Source of the DNA: Camelus ferus
Taxonomy: Eukaryota
Direction of reading: 5' to 3'
Assembly: GCF_009834535.1 (NCBI RefSeq)
Contig: NC_045696.1
Span: 114,826,001-114,890,000, forward strand
DNA: 64,000 bases
Of the stretch, positions 12,131-24,010 are shown piece after piece (the stretch's first letter is position 1; each line of letters starts with the position of its first letter). A program made the position numbers and the translations under genes. The notes under the pieces are model-generated. The model did not search any database. It saw nothing but the letters and a program-made list of their open reading frames with translations, and was not told the DNA's origin.

Positions 12131-14279
12131 CAACTTTTAATTATTAACCAGTTGAATTACACCAAATTTAGGGTCCACCTGGGATGCAACCTGTTACCCT
12201 GGGTTCGGGTAGAAGAAGAGAAGATTAGCACTTTTCAAGACAGTCTTGATACCAAAAGCTGGTGGTTTGGTACAAGTGATGATGTTTCAGTAATTGTCTC
12301 AAAAAAAGAGTGGGTCGAAACAATGCACATAACTCAAATTCAAGACATGTTGCCTCCTAGGAAAAATACTGTTTCCAGTTTTATTTTTTTCAAGTTATGC
12401 AGAGATACATTGTTTCATATAGCTTACCAAAGAGGCGCTCTCTGCTTACGCCAACTTTTAATTATTTCTAAGAATCTGTAGGATGAAATTAAGCTCCACA
12501 TCTGCAAAATTAAAACACACACACACACACACACACGTGCGCCCACAGGCAAACACCAGATTACTACAGCAGGCATTCCCAGGATAATTCTAGTCCTTAA
12601 ACCTTTCACATGATACAGTCTAGAAGCACACTGTTGTGTGCAGCCACAGACTTTCATAGTATCTTAGTGGTTCTGGGTGTGGAGGTTAGGTGGGGAAAAA
12701 AAGATAAATTGATCAAATATTTTGGGTTTCAAGCCAGTTGCCAAGAGTGTGTGGATGATGACTCCTGAATTTTTTCTCGGTGTAACTCAAATGGGCAAAA
12801 TTTCCCTTCCAGAATTTAAATGACACTTTTACCATATTGGGAGTAAAAAATCACTCAAACATATTGTGACCTACTTCACAGAGTGCCATTCAAAACACCA
12901 CAGTTTTCTTGCAAAATCTATAAATGTTTTGTGATGTCACAGCACAGTTACAAGAATTAATTTGAGATTCCCTTTTTCCCCTACTCTTCTATGAACATAT
13001 GTTACTTTCCATTTCCTTTAAGATTTTTTATCCTTGCCCGTCCCCTTCCCAGTGCAAAATTAATTTTTGACTCAGTTGATATAATTTTCATTTTCTTACT
13101 GTGATCAGGGATCCCCTCATGTGTAAGCAAATAAATCTTATGGCCTTGGAAGAAAATTTCTTCTCCAGTATTTTCCCCTGCTAAATTGTTGGCAGACAGT
13201 CTTATTTTATAGGTCAAGGTGGACATAATCACGGAAGAAACTACTGCCTTCCAAACATATGAATATATTTAGTAAAAATGATGCCTCACCAGGGCTCATG
13301 TACTGGGACTGTCTGTATAGTCTGGCCTACTTCTGACCAGCATAAGCCATTTATTCAGTAGGTCAGTACGAGCTCTCTTCTTGGTTTATTTCTTTCAAGT
13401 ATATTGATTTACTTTTTCATAATAAATGTAATAAGTGGTCATCAGGTAGAATTTTTAAAATATGGGACAATGAAGGGGAAAAAAGCCAACTCTAATCTCA
13501 CCATTCAGAATCAACTACTATTACTATTTATTCCTGAGCCTCCCATTTGTGTTTCACGTAGCTGTAAACAGATTATATGTAAATTTACATCGTGTGTTTG
13601 TTTTTCACTTGTATAGAAGTAATTTCTCATGTTATGAAATTTTCCCAATCTGCTTTTATTGGCTAAAGAATATCACAGTGCTTAAATGTGCCTTTGTTTC
13701 CTTAATCTTTTTCATTACTTGATGATATTTGAGATAAAAGACTTCAAAAATGTGAGTCAACTCTAGGAAAAAGAAATTTTGCCACATTCTGAATACAACC
13801 TGTAGTAGATACTTAAATTGTTTTATTTATATGAAAGAGGAAAAGCTAATAGGTATATTTATATAGTTTTCTTTAACTAAAATTATATAATTTTATAGAA
13901 TGTATACACTTTCTTTTAAATAGGGCCACTTAAATTGTATATTTAATATTATTCTAATAAGGGCTACCTGAGTGATAAAGGTTCCTTTTTAAAGAGAGGT
14001 TAAAGAGAGGTTTAAAGAGGTTAATGTATTTTGTATAAATTAGTCCACAAAAAAGAATGAACTACATACTCAAAATCTTTTAGTCTTTTTGAAAGATATT
14101 TCAGTATCCTTTTAGAGAGTCAAGTATTGGGTATTTGGCTTGAGTAAGTAGTTGGGTTGTCTTTAAACTTTCACTGACAAACTAAGCCTTACATATTGTC
14201 AAAATTATTTGGCATTTGTTATCTCATTTGCCTGATGCAAAGCCCATGTTCTTCCCATAATTGTCAGTAAGTTGTGTAA

Positions 14280-14380
14280 CAGCAGGACCATCCTTGTCTT
14301 GCACATCAGTTTATCTTCAGCACCTAGGAGAGTGCCTGCCACCCTGTAACCAAGTAATAAATGCGTGCTGAAGTGATGAT
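14280..14380 (+). mobile_element. L2 3' end remnant
   Basis: tatcttcagcacctaggagagtgcctgcca...aataaatgcgtgctgaa. Confidence 0.6.
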
Positions 14381-15004
14381 TGTTTGCCTCTACCAATATT
14401 TCCAAAGACTATGAAAAGATCTCTGAAGAGTCTGGAAAATCAGGATGGAGAAATCATATCTGGACTATAAAAGTTATGCAGAGTCCTGTGCATTGAAAGC
14501 ACAAAAAATTTAGAAAGGAGTCTGCTATTTCAAGTGATTTATAAATAAACAGTAAAACCTGTATTGCAATAGTTACTTTGATTAATATCATCTTACGGTC
14601 AGAAATCCTGGAATTGGCAGTTGCCCTTTTCTCTTAGATTTGCGAATACAAGGGATGTATGTATCCAAAAATAACATATTCCAATGTCATCCTTGTATCA
14701 GTCACACGTTTTTGCACCCAGACGATGAAGCTATCTTGAATATTCAGAACCTCTTTTGTACTTGAGGTAGAAAGCATACATTTTTAGGTATAGAAACTAT
14801 CTTAACATTTTTGGACATATAGGATGTGTCTATCCAAATGTAAATGGTTTTACTTAGTTGGTAAAGGAATATGAAAATAAGAGCATTTTATTTAGTTGTT
14901 GAAATCAAAAAAGGGATATCTAATACATTAATACATACTGAACAGCATAATACTTAAAAGCTTGCAATATGAAGGTAAATAAAACCAAGTGCTTATCCCA
15001 AAGG

Positions 15005-15180
15005 TACCATTTATTAGGTGTGTGATCCTAGGCAGGTTACATAAGCACTCTAAATTTAGTTTCCTCAGTTATAAGAGCAGGAAAAACTATAGCTTTGCAT
15101 TGTTTTATTTTCCATTGCTATGATGCTTAAATGAGGTGATGCGTGTTAAACATCTGTCATTTAACACTTGATACTTAACA
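15005..15180 (+). mobile_element. MIR remnant
   Basis: tgtgtgatcctaggcaggttacataa...agtttcctcagttataa...ttaaatgaggtgatgcgtg. Confidence 0.65.
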
Positions 15181-15368
15181 CAGTATTTAACGCAGAAGAA
15201 GCAAAGTGAAACGTTTGCCATTTGGATTCCAAGAAAGATATAGAGATACGACCTATTAAATAGAGATGCACCCTATAAAATAGGAAGAAATGAGAATTTT
15301 GAATTCTAAGTGTCTAGGGCAATCCTTATTTGCTACTAAATTTAATAATATGAAGTAATCCAGGAATC

Positions 15369-16069
15369 TCTTTTAAATTTTTATTTATTTATTTTTATTG
15401 GAGTATAGTTGATTTACAATGTTGTGTCACTTTCTGGTGACAGCAAAGTGATTCAGTTATACATACACGTACATATATTTTTTTTCAGATTCTTTTCCAT
15501 TATAGGTTAGTACAAGATATTGAATATTGTTCCTTGTGTTGTATAGTAAATCTTTGCTGTTTATCTATTTTATATATAGTGGTGTGTATTTGTTAATCCA
15601 AAATTCCTGATTTATCATTCTTCCCACCTTACCCCTTTAGTAACAGTAAGTTTGTTTTCTATGTCTGTAAGTCTATTACTGTTTTGTAAATAAGTTCACT
15701 TGTGTCATTTTTTTTAGATTCTACATATAAGTGATATATGATATTTCCATCCATGTTGCTGCAAATGGCATTGTGTCCTTCCTTTTTTATGACTGTGTAA
15801 TATTCCATTGCATATATGTACCACATCTTCTTTATCCAGTCATCTGTTGATGGATATTTAGGTTGCTTTCATGTCTTGGCTGTTGTAAATAGTGCTCCTT
15901 CACTGTTGGTGAGAATGTAAATTCTGTAGCCACTATAACAGCATGGAGTTTCCTTAAAAAACCTAAAAATAGATGTACCATATGATCAAGCAATCCCATT
16001 TCTGGGCGTACATCCAGAAAAGATGAAAACTCTAATTCAGAAGGAAACACACACCCCAGTGTTCACAGG
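15369..16069 (-). mobile_element. 5'-truncated L1 with 5' inversion (twin priming)
   Basis: Minus-strand tail/3'UTR/ORF2 end at 15369-about 15896; + strand ORF2 piece at about 15897-16069; TSD aatccaggaatc at 15357-15368 and 16070-16081. Confidence 0.9.
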
Positions 16070-16120
16070 AATCCAGGAATCCTGATTGGCTTGTTCATAA
16101 CTTTCTTTGTCCCTTCCTAG

Positions 16121-16339
16121 ATTCCACATGTGCACAAGATGGAGAGAGTGAGGCTGAGTTTTTACCTGACGACTTTGAAGAAAAGCCAGAAAGAGAAAAG
16201 AAACATACCAACTTCACCTTGTGTAATGTGTGTAACATTCAGCTGAATTCGGCTGCTCAAGCCCAAATCCACTACAACGGCAAATCGCATCAAAAGAGAT
16301 TAAAACAACTCAGCAACGGGATGGTGAAAAATGACAATG
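16121..16339 (+). CDS. ZNF385D: Internal coding exon of a ZNF385-family (matrin/U1-type C2H2 zinc finger) gene, probably ZNF385D long isoform
   Basis: Acceptor ctttctttgtcccttcctag|AT and donor AATG|gtaagc; 219 bp, phase 1-1, open frame: (D)STCAQDGESEAEFLPDDFEEKPEREKKHTNFTLCNVCNIQLNSAAQAQIHYNGKSHQKRLKQLSNGMVKNDN(G). CNVC-x12-H-YNGKS-H finger; CNIQLNSAAQAQ is shared with the first finger of ZNF385B/C as I recall them, but the flanks differ from both. Family call strong; paralogue assignment is by elimination. Confidence 0.85.
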
Positions 16340-17789
16340 GTAAGCTTTTCTAAAGATATATTCTCAATTTTATATAATTGATTTGTCTGTATGAACAGAA
16401 AAGAATGGACTAATCTCTATTTTTAAAACCAGGAAGTAACATTACATAAAAGCTTTATCATCATAGTATGTTAAAGAGTTTCTGACAGCCTTTTGGGGGA
16501 GGGGAAAATTTTGTTTGTTGTCTATGCTTAAGTGTATTAAAATTGGGTTCATGACCCACCAGGACATTTGTGATAATTTGAAAGTTGGACATTAGATTTT
16601 CTTAATGCTTGCCTTTAAGATAGTTATTTGGAAATGGGCATTCTCTTACATTTTATATAAAAGAATGGTTTTTATGTTCATTTTGTGCATGTTGGGGCTT
16701 CAGTTGGTTAGCCAGACTGCAATTGGTTTGAAAAAATACCTATCTCTTCAAGTAGGTGTTTTAACCAATAGAATACGGTCTATTACTATACACAGATTGT
16801 TTAAATTTGCTAGTGAAAATTCGTGGTTTGTTTAATCACTTTAGACTATTTTTGAAAAATAAAAGTTGAATTTAGGAGTAAGCAGATTTTAAAAATAGCA
16901 CACACATACTTTTGGAAAGAAATGGAAGGTCATTAGAGAAAGCATGGAGAGGTGAGGGGGAGGAGCTGGGCTTTGGAGGGCTGAAACAATAGTAACGCCG
17001 AAGAATTACAATATTGTGTTCTGGGTGAATGTTTTATGTTTGACAGACAAGATCCATTTCGTCTAAATTTTAATGATATTGAAATATAAGACTGAATTTT
17101 AATCTGTTCTAATATTTGATATTACAGATTTTTAAATATAATTTTGTGGTTTGCTTCAAGGTTATCAAATAATGAAAAAAACAGTATATGTTTTTAAAAG
17201 GAAATTATTTCTACCTTGCTTTGTATTTTTTAGAATGAATGAGCTGGAATATTCTAACAGAAAGGACTCCGTATTTCTCTTTTGTATGACAAATAGTTAA
17301 TCACAGATCTTATCGGTCAAAGAGATGTAAAAAATAAAAATAGTCATCAGAAAGTAATTAAGAACTGCTAAATTCTATCGGCACAAGATGAATTAGTGAG
17401 GCAAATGTACTTAGTAAGTCGGGTTAAAAATATGTATTTCATAGTCTCTATTTTGAACCTCCTAAGGAAAACCTATTCGTTATCATTGAGATTTAGGTAA
17501 AATCATCTGAAGGGCAGCATGATTCAATTTCAGGTTGTTTTCCTTTAAGTTGGTGTTGTCAATGGCAGTGGTGTCGGCTTTGGTGTTTTACTTTTGTTTC
17601 ACCTACCTTGATACTTACAAACCTCTTTGGAGAAGCAATAAATTATATCATAGACAGAAACTCAAAAGAAAAAAAAAAAAAAAGACATACCTGGTTTAGG
17701 AACTCAAATCAGAGCTAGTCCCAGACACAGTTTAGGATGGTCAAGGACTTTCAAATCACAATGCTAGGAATGAGTGACCTCAAGTCAAG

Positions 17790-18010
17790 TATTTTAAAAT
17801 AATTACATCAGTGCATATATTATAGGCTAGTATTGTACTAAAGGCTTTATGCACACTTTGTTATTTATTTTTTCCTCACAACCAGAGAGATATTGTCACT
17901 GTCTCCCTCTTACAGACGTGGAAATTGAGGATAATGTCAACTGAATGATGTACTGAAGGTCACCCAACTATTAGGTGCTCAAGCTAGGAATCATATTCAG
18001 GTCCTATTTT
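17790..18010 (-). mobile_element. MIR remnant
   Basis: ttcctcacaacc...ttacagacgtggaaattgagg...aaggtcacccaacta. Confidence 0.65.
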
Positions 18011-19199
18011 ATTAAATAGCTGTATTCATTCTAAAGCATATTGTGTCCGCAAAGTGAATATTCTGTAGAAATTGTGCCTTTCATTTCTCAAGGAGAAAAA
18101 ATATTTTAAGAACATATAAAAAGTAAAATTCTATCATATTCCCAACAATGCATTGATTAAGATGGTGCTTAACACACTTGCTACATTTTCTATGCATATT
18201 ATTTTCTAAGGTTCTTTTTAGTGTCTTATTAATAAAAGTCACTGAAAATAATCATGAATTAGTGGGAGCACTTGACCTGAAATCATACTTCAGAGGCACC
18301 ATCTGCTTTAACTACAGGCAGATCTAACTACAGGCAGTCAAACTCACAACTGAGTTAGTACTTTATATTAATATCGAAACATATTATTTCTTTTACATAC
18401 CCCCTCATCTCTCCACTCTAAAAATGTACTTTTTTCAGGCCTGTTGGGAATAAGAAAGGAGCCAAATTCTGAGTCTTATATACTCTTATTAACTGTCATT
18501 TCCTTCCCTACATGGAGACCAAGCTAAAATCAGGAATTTGCAAGAATAACAGATCCTATAAATTCTTAGTCAAGACCATTATTACTTTTAGTTTATTTAG
18601 AGAAAGAGCTGGGTCATAGAAGGAGAGAGCCTTTTCCCTGAATATGCACACACACACGTGACTGCTTGTGAACTCCTTCCATCCTCAGAAAATCATCTCG
18701 GTTTAGATTTCAAATGGGAAGCAATTAAATATAGTCATGTCAAGAAAAGGAATAAGACAACAGAGATAGTTACCTGGATTCATCCAACCTTATATATAAC
18801 TTATTTTTTAGGACTGCAAATCAAATGCATAACGACCATGGAACTAATTTTTATGATTATTCATTCTAGACTTTCTAAATAAAAAAAAATTAATATCGCT
18901 TCTGTCCTCAGTGATTGTAGAACATTGTATAATTACATGCCCAGAGGTACATCCTAATATGTATTTCAAAGAACAAGGATGAACAGAGCCCTCATCATAT
19001 CCAAAATAGGATTTCTCTATTTCAGAGCAAAATACAGCATTTCTCATATCATCTGACTTATTAAGGAAAATGATCTTCAAAGATCACAGTAAAAAAAAAT
19101 AAGTCAGGTGTGCTAATTAATTAAGAGGCCACTGTTCCCACAGGTAAGACTTAACTTCAGTGTTTGACAGTTGCTGCAGTCTTTGCAGAACCAAAGTTT

Positions 19200-19528
19200 G
19201 TTAGGACACATGTTCAGCACCTGCGGGCACGCTGTCCTGAGCCCTCCGGGTCCCTCCTGCTGAGTTGGGAGTATTGCCTGCTGAGTTCTTTCCGAAGCGC
19301 TGCCCTCTTGTGAACTTGCTCCCTCACTGGAGCAAAATGTCCCCGCTCCTTGCCTGAAAAGGCCTTTCCTGCTTCAGATTTGCTGATGTCACTGTTGCAA
19401 TCCTATCACAGTCCGACCTGCCCTCTACCAGGTCCGCTTTCCTCCTGCCTCTGTTACTGATCGAGTCCACCTCTTGCCCACATAATCTTTCTCTCAAAGC
19501 CTGTTTTCCTGGGAATCCACCCGAGACA
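19200..19528 (+). mobile_element. Old ERVL-type LTR remnant (LTR16/LTR33-like)
   Basis: Ends ctcaaagcctgttttcctgggaatccacccgagaca, like ERVL LTR 3' termini; GC-richer than its flanks. Confidence 0.55.
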
Positions 19529-22500
19529 CCACCAATGCCTCCTGTATATTCATAAGTAATGTACCTAATATGTTTCATTGTGCGAAAGCAACAAAATTTA
19601 GCACTTCCCCCTATGTATTTTCCATCTAATGCTTGTATTCAAGCTTTATCATCAAAAATGAAAAGAGAGCAAAAAGTGAACTAGTATTTACTGCTCCCGG
19701 TATTTTACATACATCATCTATTGAACCCCAATCAGCAATTCTGCAAAGCAAGTGCTGTTAATTCTGTTTTACAAAGAAGACAGCCAGGGATCGGAGGGAC
19801 TAAGAGACTTGCCGACTAATTCTGTTTGTTCGTAGATTCCCCCGTCTACGTTATTAGCAACAGACTTATCTCCATGGCAAACTTGCATCCCACTGTCAAC
19901 AACATTAAGCCATATGTTTGAGGATTTTCTTACATTATTGAGTTTATGTCATTTTTAAAGCACTTAACTTAATATTATTACAACTAATCTGTTTTCTTAA
20001 TTTTTTTTCCACCAAACATACCTATTGAAACATTGTGTGCAGTATAGTCATGTAAACACATCGGTTTTTGTGATTTATCACTATGTATTTTCTGTTATTC
20101 CAGAAATACATTGATGTTTGTTAACACACTTTTGAAGATGAAGTGAGATACAGAAGTGGCAGAAGAGAAGTCTGTAATTAAAAGGTGCTTAAATGTGGAG
20201 ACTTCATCATATTTCAGACTCCATGCATCCCCCTTTCATGAAAACTATAAATCAAAGAAATTCCAGTACAAATCACATACCTTACTTTCTCTTAGGAAAA
20301 GAGCTTTGATGTTATATTTATGAGGAATGTAAGTTTTGCAAATAATGATTATTTTCTGATGACCTGATGATAAAAGTAATATTGTTCTATCTGGGCTGTA
20401 CACAAAATAAAACAAAAATCACCAAGAATCCCGCAAAGGCAAATACTTCTTATCTTTTTGTCACAGTACGCACATGAATACGAAAGAGTAATATTACATG
20501 TACACTAGCACATGCGTTATAATATAATAGTGTTTGCAGATGAGAACCCTTTTAGGAAGACATATTTTTAAACTACCGTAAAGGAATTAATAATGGAGTG
20601 GCGATTTCTCACTGAATGTTGAGATCTTGCTCACATTTATCATTTTGCTTTCCATCTCTGTGATAAATTCTGTGGTGGGAAAATCTTAACATTTAATGAA
20701 ATGAAATATTAAAATATTTATAGATTAAGATATTAGAAATATTTTATGGAGTTTTATCAAAAGACAGAAATTGAGCATTAGAATAAAAATGCTTCTTTGA
20801 TTCATAAGAGCATTTTGGAATACATATTGCAAAAGGTAAAACTTTCAGGATGTTTAAGGCGCCTCTGGCCAATTAGTTTAATTCAATTTCATGTGCTCAT
20901 CGTGATGAAGCTGTTGTTAATGCTTCTTGAAGGATTGAGTAGCAGGTTGACCTATGGTGGCGGCTTCCTTTTATTCACACTATCTTTGTCATATTTGAGT
21001 TATTTTGTTAAGCCTGGTTGTCTATTTTTATTGGGCTGAAGCTACTATCAAATAATTCAGTTTTATCTAACAGTATTCTAGACTCTTGCTTCTCATTGTT
21101 TTGTAAGCCATCAATCTAGAATATTGCCACCCATATCTATCCTCTTAGCATTAAATTTTCTTTTATTTAACAGGGAAGCCAAATAAAATTTTGCTCTCTA
21201 GCTCTTGCTGATCCATTCTCTTTTCTCTTTCCATTAATTATCCCAGATGAGGTGTAAAATGTCAGTAGATTTTCAGTTTGCAAGATGTTCCTTCTCCAGG
21301 AACACTGGTAGTTAATAAAAGCAAAATAGCTTCATAGAATTTTCTGATACTTCAAGCCTCGATATATATATAAAATGTAAATTTCTCATTTATATATAAA
21401 TTTGTCTTACCTTTCAATCTCCAAGAATTTTCTGTGCTTTTATAGCATGTCAATAAACTAATTAGAATTTGCCAGTACATTTGTGGATCCCTTTTGGGAT
21501 CATTTTATTTGATAATGAAAACTGCTTCCTTAATAATGTCTTATCCATATTAGTATATGTCAGACTGCAGTGTGACAATAAAGGATAGTGCTTTGTTCAT
21601 ACTTATCTCTTACCGACCTTATGCTTTAGAAGCTGCAACCAAGGGAGACAATAAAATATGCTGATATTAAATTGCCCAACATTAGGCGATAAGATATTTT
21701 GTCCTTGTTTGAGTCTTCTAGGTTTCTTTCTTATCACCGAAGGATAAAAATATGGGAGAAATTGACACATGTTAATTTTAATGCCTTCAGATTTTGAGTA
21801 GGTTTCTGGCTTTGGTTATCGACTTTTTTCTCTCTGAAGAGAAAACACACTGAACATTCCAAAAAGGGTAGAGTTCTAGGCACTAGCTCCTTGCTTCACC
21901 TGGACTTAATATCAGTCCCATTGCAGGATAGCATCTTTTTCAACACAGAGATTTCTTTATCCAACCTGTGTCCTTTAGAAACTCTTCTTTACTGGGATGA
22001 TGGTGAAGTTTTACCACCTGAGGCTGAGAATCCAGCCTGACCTCTGTCTGTGCCCTAGAAAAGTGTACACTGCTTTTTCATGATTTTTGTTATCCATGAA
22101 AAGTCAGATGAAATGACCAGTAAGGTAAACTTTAAGAGAAAAAAAAGAATAAATTAAATGCATGTCATTTCATTTGAGAACAGAATTTATTTGGGATAGA
22201 AGAGATTTCCATTTGTGAGTTCCTGTGTGTATCTAAGGTTGTATACCTGGGGACGTTTGAGGAATTGCGCGACGTCGGCGCTTAGACAAGTGGTCGTATA
22301 AACTGGGAGTGCAGAATAACTTGTTGCTGTTGTTGTTCGTGTGAACTCCAGGTCTGCTTAGCCCAGGTAGAAAAGCCTTGTTTCCTCAACTTTTGTCTCC
22401 TTCAGGCACTAAGCACTTCCAACAGCAACATCTTCCAGTCCAAGTGTTTTTCTGCTCTCCAATCTTAAACAATCACTTTTCCACTTTACTAGGTTTGAAA

Positions 22501-22775
22501 GTATTTTTTTTTAGTTTGACCTATTTCCTTTATATTTCCCCTAAAAATAATTTGCCCATAGGAACGGAGCTAGTGGGTATTAGATACTTTTAGATATGAA
22601 TCTCCATTTCCTAAAAAATTTAATTTGCATTTGGAAGCCAATCCTATTTAAATTGCCTTCACAGTTTCTATAGCTCCACCCCAGGCATGTCACACTTCAT
22701 CTTTTTGTGCATGCTTCTCAAAACCACTAAGCAATGACATTAGCATGTGTGTGTGTGTGTCTATATACATACACA

Positions 22776-23003
22776 CAGCTGATCCTTGAACCACATGGGT
22801 ATAAAGGGTGCTGACCACCCCCTCCCCAGGCAGTTGAAAATCCGTGTGTAACTTGACAGTGTTCACTCCATATCTGTGGTTCCACATCTGTGGATTCAAC
22901 CAACTACAGATCCTGTAGTGCTGTCGTGTGTCTTTACTGAAAAAAAGTTGACATATAAGTGGATCCATTCAGTTCAAACTCGTGTTGTTCAAGGGTCAGC
23001 TAG
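22776..23003 (+). mobile_element. Tigger2-derived MITE (TcMar-Tigger)
   Basis: Terminal inverted repeats cagctgatccttgaaccaca ... tgttgttcaagggtcagct; internal gttgaaaatccgtgtgtaactt and ataagtggatccattcagttcaaac. Confidence 0.85.
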
Positions 23004-23039
23004 TATAGGCACATGCGCACACACACACACACACACATG

Positions 23040-23225
23040 CGCGTGCATGCCACATCTTCTTTACCCAGTCATCTGTCGACAGGCACTTAGGTGGTTTCTG
23101 TATCTCGGCTGTTGTGAATGGTGCTGCAGTGAACATGGCGGGTGCAGATGTTTCTTTGAGATATGATTTCATTTCCTTTGGATATATGCCCAGAAGTGGA
23201 ACTGCCAGATCATACGGTAGATGAA
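23040..23225 (-). mobile_element. L1 ORF2 C-terminal fragment
   Basis: ORF 22996..23250: LPYDLAVPLLGIYPKEMKS...MFTAAPFTTAEIQKPPKCLSTDDWVKKMWH. Confidence 0.9.
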
Positions 23226-24010
23226 TATAAAGAGACCCCCATGGAGACACGTTATAATCAAATTGTCAAAAGTTAAAAGAGAATTTTGAAAGTCACCAGA
23301 GGAAAGTGGCTTGTTATATACAAGGCTTCAGCAGAAACCTCGAAGGCCAGAAGGGAGGGAATGATACGTCCAAAGTGCCAAAAGGAAAACAAACAAACAA
23401 AAAAACTGCCAATCATGCTAAGAAACCTGGAAAAAATGAAGAGGAGATAAAGACATGCTCTGACAAATAAAAGCTGAGGGAGTACCTCACCACTAGAACT
23501 GCCATACCAGAAATGCTAAAGAGAACCCTTCAAGCTGGATCAAATGACATAAACTAGCAACATGAGAGCACAGGAAAGTATGAAACTCATTGGTAACAGT
23601 ATGATATACACACAAACGGAATAGACTGTTACCTTTTTTTATTTTTTAATTTTTTATTGAAGTACAGTTACAAGGTGTCAATTTCTGGTGTACAGCATAA
23701 TGTCCCAGTCATGCATATACACGCATATATTCATTTTCATCAAAGATTACTACTAGATATTGCTCCCTATGCTATAAGCAGAAATTTGAGTTTTTTAAAA
23801 TCTGTTTTTATACGTGGTGGCCAACATTTGCAGATCTCAAACTCCCTAGTTTCTCTCTTCCCACCCCCTTTTCCCCGGTAAACATAAGATTGTTTGCTGT
23901 GTTAGTGTTGGCTAATCCCTTTTAAGTCCAGCTGAAAAATTAAAAGGCAAATGTGTTAAAAATAACTAGAAATTTGGTGAGTAGATACACAACATAAATA
24001 GATGTCAACT
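23226..24010 (+). mobile_element. Degenerate L1 ORF1/inter-ORF fragment, interrupted by a younger L1 end
   Basis: ataatcaaattgtcaaaagtt...tcagcagaaacct...gccagaagg...aaagctgagggagt...caccactagaactgcc...gaaatgctaaag. Confidence 0.75.
23634..23905 (-). mobile_element. L1 3' end (5'-truncated)
   Basis: T-rich tail, ttattgaagtacagtt...tcaatttctggtgtacagc...atctcaaactccc. Confidence 0.85.

Larger units (their letters stand above)
1..16120 (+). other. Upstream intron of the ZNF385-family gene (partial)
   Basis: Ends in polypyrimidine tract + AG; no other credible coding exon or CpG island seen. Confidence 0.7.

Noticed and set aside
18309..18337. taactacaggcag duplicated around atc (and a similar 14-bp duplication near 9800-9827)
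   Set aside because: Most simply local slippage duplications; no associated element.
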